From the human T2T-CHM13v2.0 reference genome, Homo sapiens: DNA of 64,000 nt. The DNA is taken from NCBI RefSeq assembly GCF_009914755.1, contig NC_060931.1; one strand, written 5' to 3'. The first letter of the stretch is position 1, and every line of letters starts with the position of its first letter. The translations under genes were made by a program, and so were the position numbers. Positions 59,721 through 64,000 of the stretch are shown piece after piece. The notes beneath the pieces are model-generated. The model was not told the DNA's origin. It did not search any database and saw only the letters and a list, made by a program, of their open reading frames with translations.

Positions 59721-61315
59721 TAGAGACGTAGTAGCAGTATTTACAAAGTAGTTCTTTCTAGCTCATAAGCAACGGATAGCAAAACAGTGATGATAGGAAA
59801 TACTTGCCTATTTGTACAGGTTTACAAGCTACGTAGTTAATTCTCTGTCATGACTGCAGTTTAAGTTTATGGAATGGGTACTCAGGAATCCAACTGCAAG
59901 CAAAAACCTATCTTCTATCTCTTCTGCTCATGTTAAGGTATGAGGTTACTTTGCAAACACTTAAGAAGACAGATGAAATTGGAATCACCAGGATGGTTTC
60001 CACCTGGCCTGTTAATTTATTCACTGGAAAGACTCTTCATTTGCATATGTTTTCACAGGTTTCAAAAAGTCAACTTGTTTTTGGCGGGGTGTATAGATTT
60101 TGACATTGTTTTCCTAGGGGCTCTACAATGACTGTAAATCTATTCACCTTAAATTGTTATGTTTTTGAGACAGGGTCTCGGTGTGTTGCCCAGGCTGGCA
60201 TACAGGGGAGCAATCATGGCTCACTGCAGCCTCCACCTCCCCAGGCTCAGGTGATCCTCCCACCTCAGCCTCCTGAGTAGCTTGGACTACAGGTGCATGC
60301 CACCCCGCTCAGCTAAGTTTTGTATTTTTAGTAGAGACGGGGTTTCACCATGTTGGCCAGGCTGATCTCAATCTCCTGACCTCAAGTGATCTGCCCGCCT
60401 TGGCCTCCTAAAGTGCTGGGATTACAGATGTGAGCCACTGTTCCTGGCCGGAACTGTGACTTTCTACTTGGAACTGAGCTCCCTTTCCAACACCAAAATG
60501 TGTCTTTCCCACAGCTCATTCCCTTGGAATTTTGAGTTCGCAAATTCTTTGTGCAAAACGTCTAACTTCTATTTCTGTAACTGAACTTGATTCGAATTCC
60601 CATTGTGCTGGGAGTCAGAATCTTAATTATGTCAGGTAATTAAGCAACCTCTTCTCCCTTCTTACCATAGGCTGGGGGAGAGAGTCGAGGCCCCAGATGG
60701 GACTGGAGTATTCTCAGTCCGAATAGTGAACACAGAGTCATCCTCAATCCTCTCTACTCTCGTGGTCTTGAGGGGCCACTGCTACCTCCTCCTGGTCCTG
60801 ACCTTGAGGCTTCTCAGCACTGGCTTTCTCTGAATTCCTTTTATGCACAAGTAAATCATTCAGCTTCTTCCTGAACAATAAGGATATCTCGTCCAGATAC
60901 CCCTGTTCCCTGGTTACTCTACTGTTACTGAGCCATGCTGGACCCAGAGGGGAACTCTGCAAAGCTCACCACCTCCCCCAGCTTCCCCAGGGAGAAAGAC
61001 ACACACACCCTCTCCTCTGAGACCTCCAAACCTATGCGGGTATCTGTCATCACTACCACTCCTGCCTCGTACCCGTCCACACCCAAGGACTGTGTTTGGA
61101 GAGGCAGATGCATTGAGCTCTAAGCGTTCTTGCATCCTTAACTTTGAAACCATAAAAGCATGTTCTTTTCTTTGATCTCTGCATGTTTAATTTTGTTTTT
61201 TGTCATCTCCCTCTTTCGATGCCTCCTGCAATGAATTCTATGTGGGAGGAAGGGAGAGGCAAACATGTACAAGGACACAGAGGTATCCTGGGAGAAACTG
61301 TGACTCATACTATAA

Positions 61316-61611
<296 letters not shown>

Positions 61612-62860
61612 TGATCTGCCAGCCTCGGCCTCCCAAAGTGCTGGGATTACAGGCATGAGCCACCACACCCAGCCAAAACATGTATTTCTCATGGAATAAT
61701 TTCATGCACTAGAGCAAGCTAATTGGGAAAGTCAATAGCAAGGAGCAGTAGCAATCGTTTATGAAATAATGATGAGGTGCTGGCACCTGATGCACATTCA
61801 TAGTCCCATTTAACTCTTCAAGTGAAACTCTCACTTGGCAGGAATTTACTATTAGCCATTTTCCAAATAAGAGATACAGACAAGAGAGTCTCCATCTCTT
61901 CTTTGGTGCAAGGAGATTGGTGCAGTCGGTGAGTGGCAAAAGTGGATATGTACCCAGATCTGTCTCCAGTCCAAATTCCAACTCATCACTTCCCTAAAAG
62001 TGGTCTATTCTGCCAGGCTGGATAAGGGAAGTGGTTCTGCTTCCAAACTTAATATGTGACAGATAAGGCAATCTAAACCAAAGTCTTCTTGAGCTTGGTC
62101 AAACCATATGCTGCCAAGGCTTGAATCCACATAACTGTAACAAGCCATCCCAACTATGCCACAACCCACACACCTCAAAGGCAAGGGAATCCCAGGCAGC
62201 AAGGTCCAGGAACAGCCACTCTGGGGAGTCTGCCACCTCTGATATTGCTCCCGTGGCACACACGGTGCCCCATCTGCCTCCAGACCTGCGCTGAAGGAAT
62301 GGGGGAAAGGGGCAAACTTTGTAGGTGTGGGTGATCCAGTGGTCACTTGAGGTCTCTCAAACAAGGACTCTGTAGATGATGTTAATGGGCCAAACGGAAT
62401 GCACATCTGCCCTTAAGTGTGTTTCTTTTCTTTCTTTTCTTCTTTCTTTCTTTCTTTTTTTTTTTTTTTTGTTGAGACAGGGTCTGGATCTGTTGCCCAG
62501 GCTGGAGTGTAGTGGTGCAATCTTGGCTCACTGCAACCTCCACCTACTGGGTTCAAGTAATTCTTCTGCCTCAAGCCTCCCAAGTAGCTGGAACCACAGG
62601 CATGTGCCACCACGCCTGGCTAGTTTTTTGTATTTTAGTAGAGACGGGGCTGGTCTGGAACTCCGGGCCTCAAGTGATCCACCCACCTTGGCCTCCCAAA
62701 GTGCTGGGATTACAGCTATGAGCCACCGTGGCTAGCCTTGTTTATTTCTAAATGAGGCTTCCTTTGTGTCTCTACATTTCCTTCTACAAAAAAAACTGCC
62801 ATGGCACAGGGGCTTATGCCTACAATCCCAGCACTTGGAGAGCCCAAGGCCAGTGGATCA

Positions 62861-63713
<853 letters not shown>

Positions 63714-64000
63714 GAGGCAGGAGGATCCCCTGATGCCAAGAGTTAGAGAGCAGCCGGGGCAACAAAGTGAGACCCTGTCTCTACTATCTATCTATCTATT
63801 TTTTAATTATCTGGGCATGGTAGTGCATGCCTGTGGTCTCAGCTACTCCTCAGGCTGAGGTGGGAAGATCCCTTGAGCCCAGGAGTTGAGGCTGCAGTGA
63901 GCTATGATGGCACCACTGCACTGCAACCTGGGTGACAAAGCGAGATCTTGTCTCTAAATTAAATTTAAAACAATACCACCAAAACAACAACAGGCTGGGC

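Overview
Human (primate) genomic DNA, extremely Alu-dense, most consistent with 7p22.1. It contains (i) the 3' part of a decayed KRAB zinc-finger gene (KRAB-A exon 5698-5824, KRAB-B exon 6510-6605, frameshifted CpG-rich zinc-finger exon from 12515), by gene order most likely ZNF815P, and (ii) the complete oncomodulin gene OCM (+ strand, four coding exons 46641-51843, 109 aa, with R20/N42 as in OCM rather than OCM2, plus a candidate TATA box and non-coding first exon at ~45616-45710). Other elements: 7SL and 3'-truncated U6 retrocopies, a 5'-truncated SVA, two ERV1 solo LTRs, a MADE1, old L1M fragments and several minisatellites. Two signals are not explained by standard annotation. One is a ~304-bp, ~97%-identical inverted repeat of non-Alu DNA (30118-31274). 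The other is a chain of phase-compatible, stop-poor, splice-site-bounded segments on the minus strand from ~62400 down to 52090; it looks like the fossil of an unrecognised multi-exon protein-coding gene, tail-to-tail with OCM and overlapping its poly(A) signal. That second call is inference from hand translation and needs cross-species confirmation. Almost all other ORFs in the supplied track are Alu or simple-repeat artefacts.
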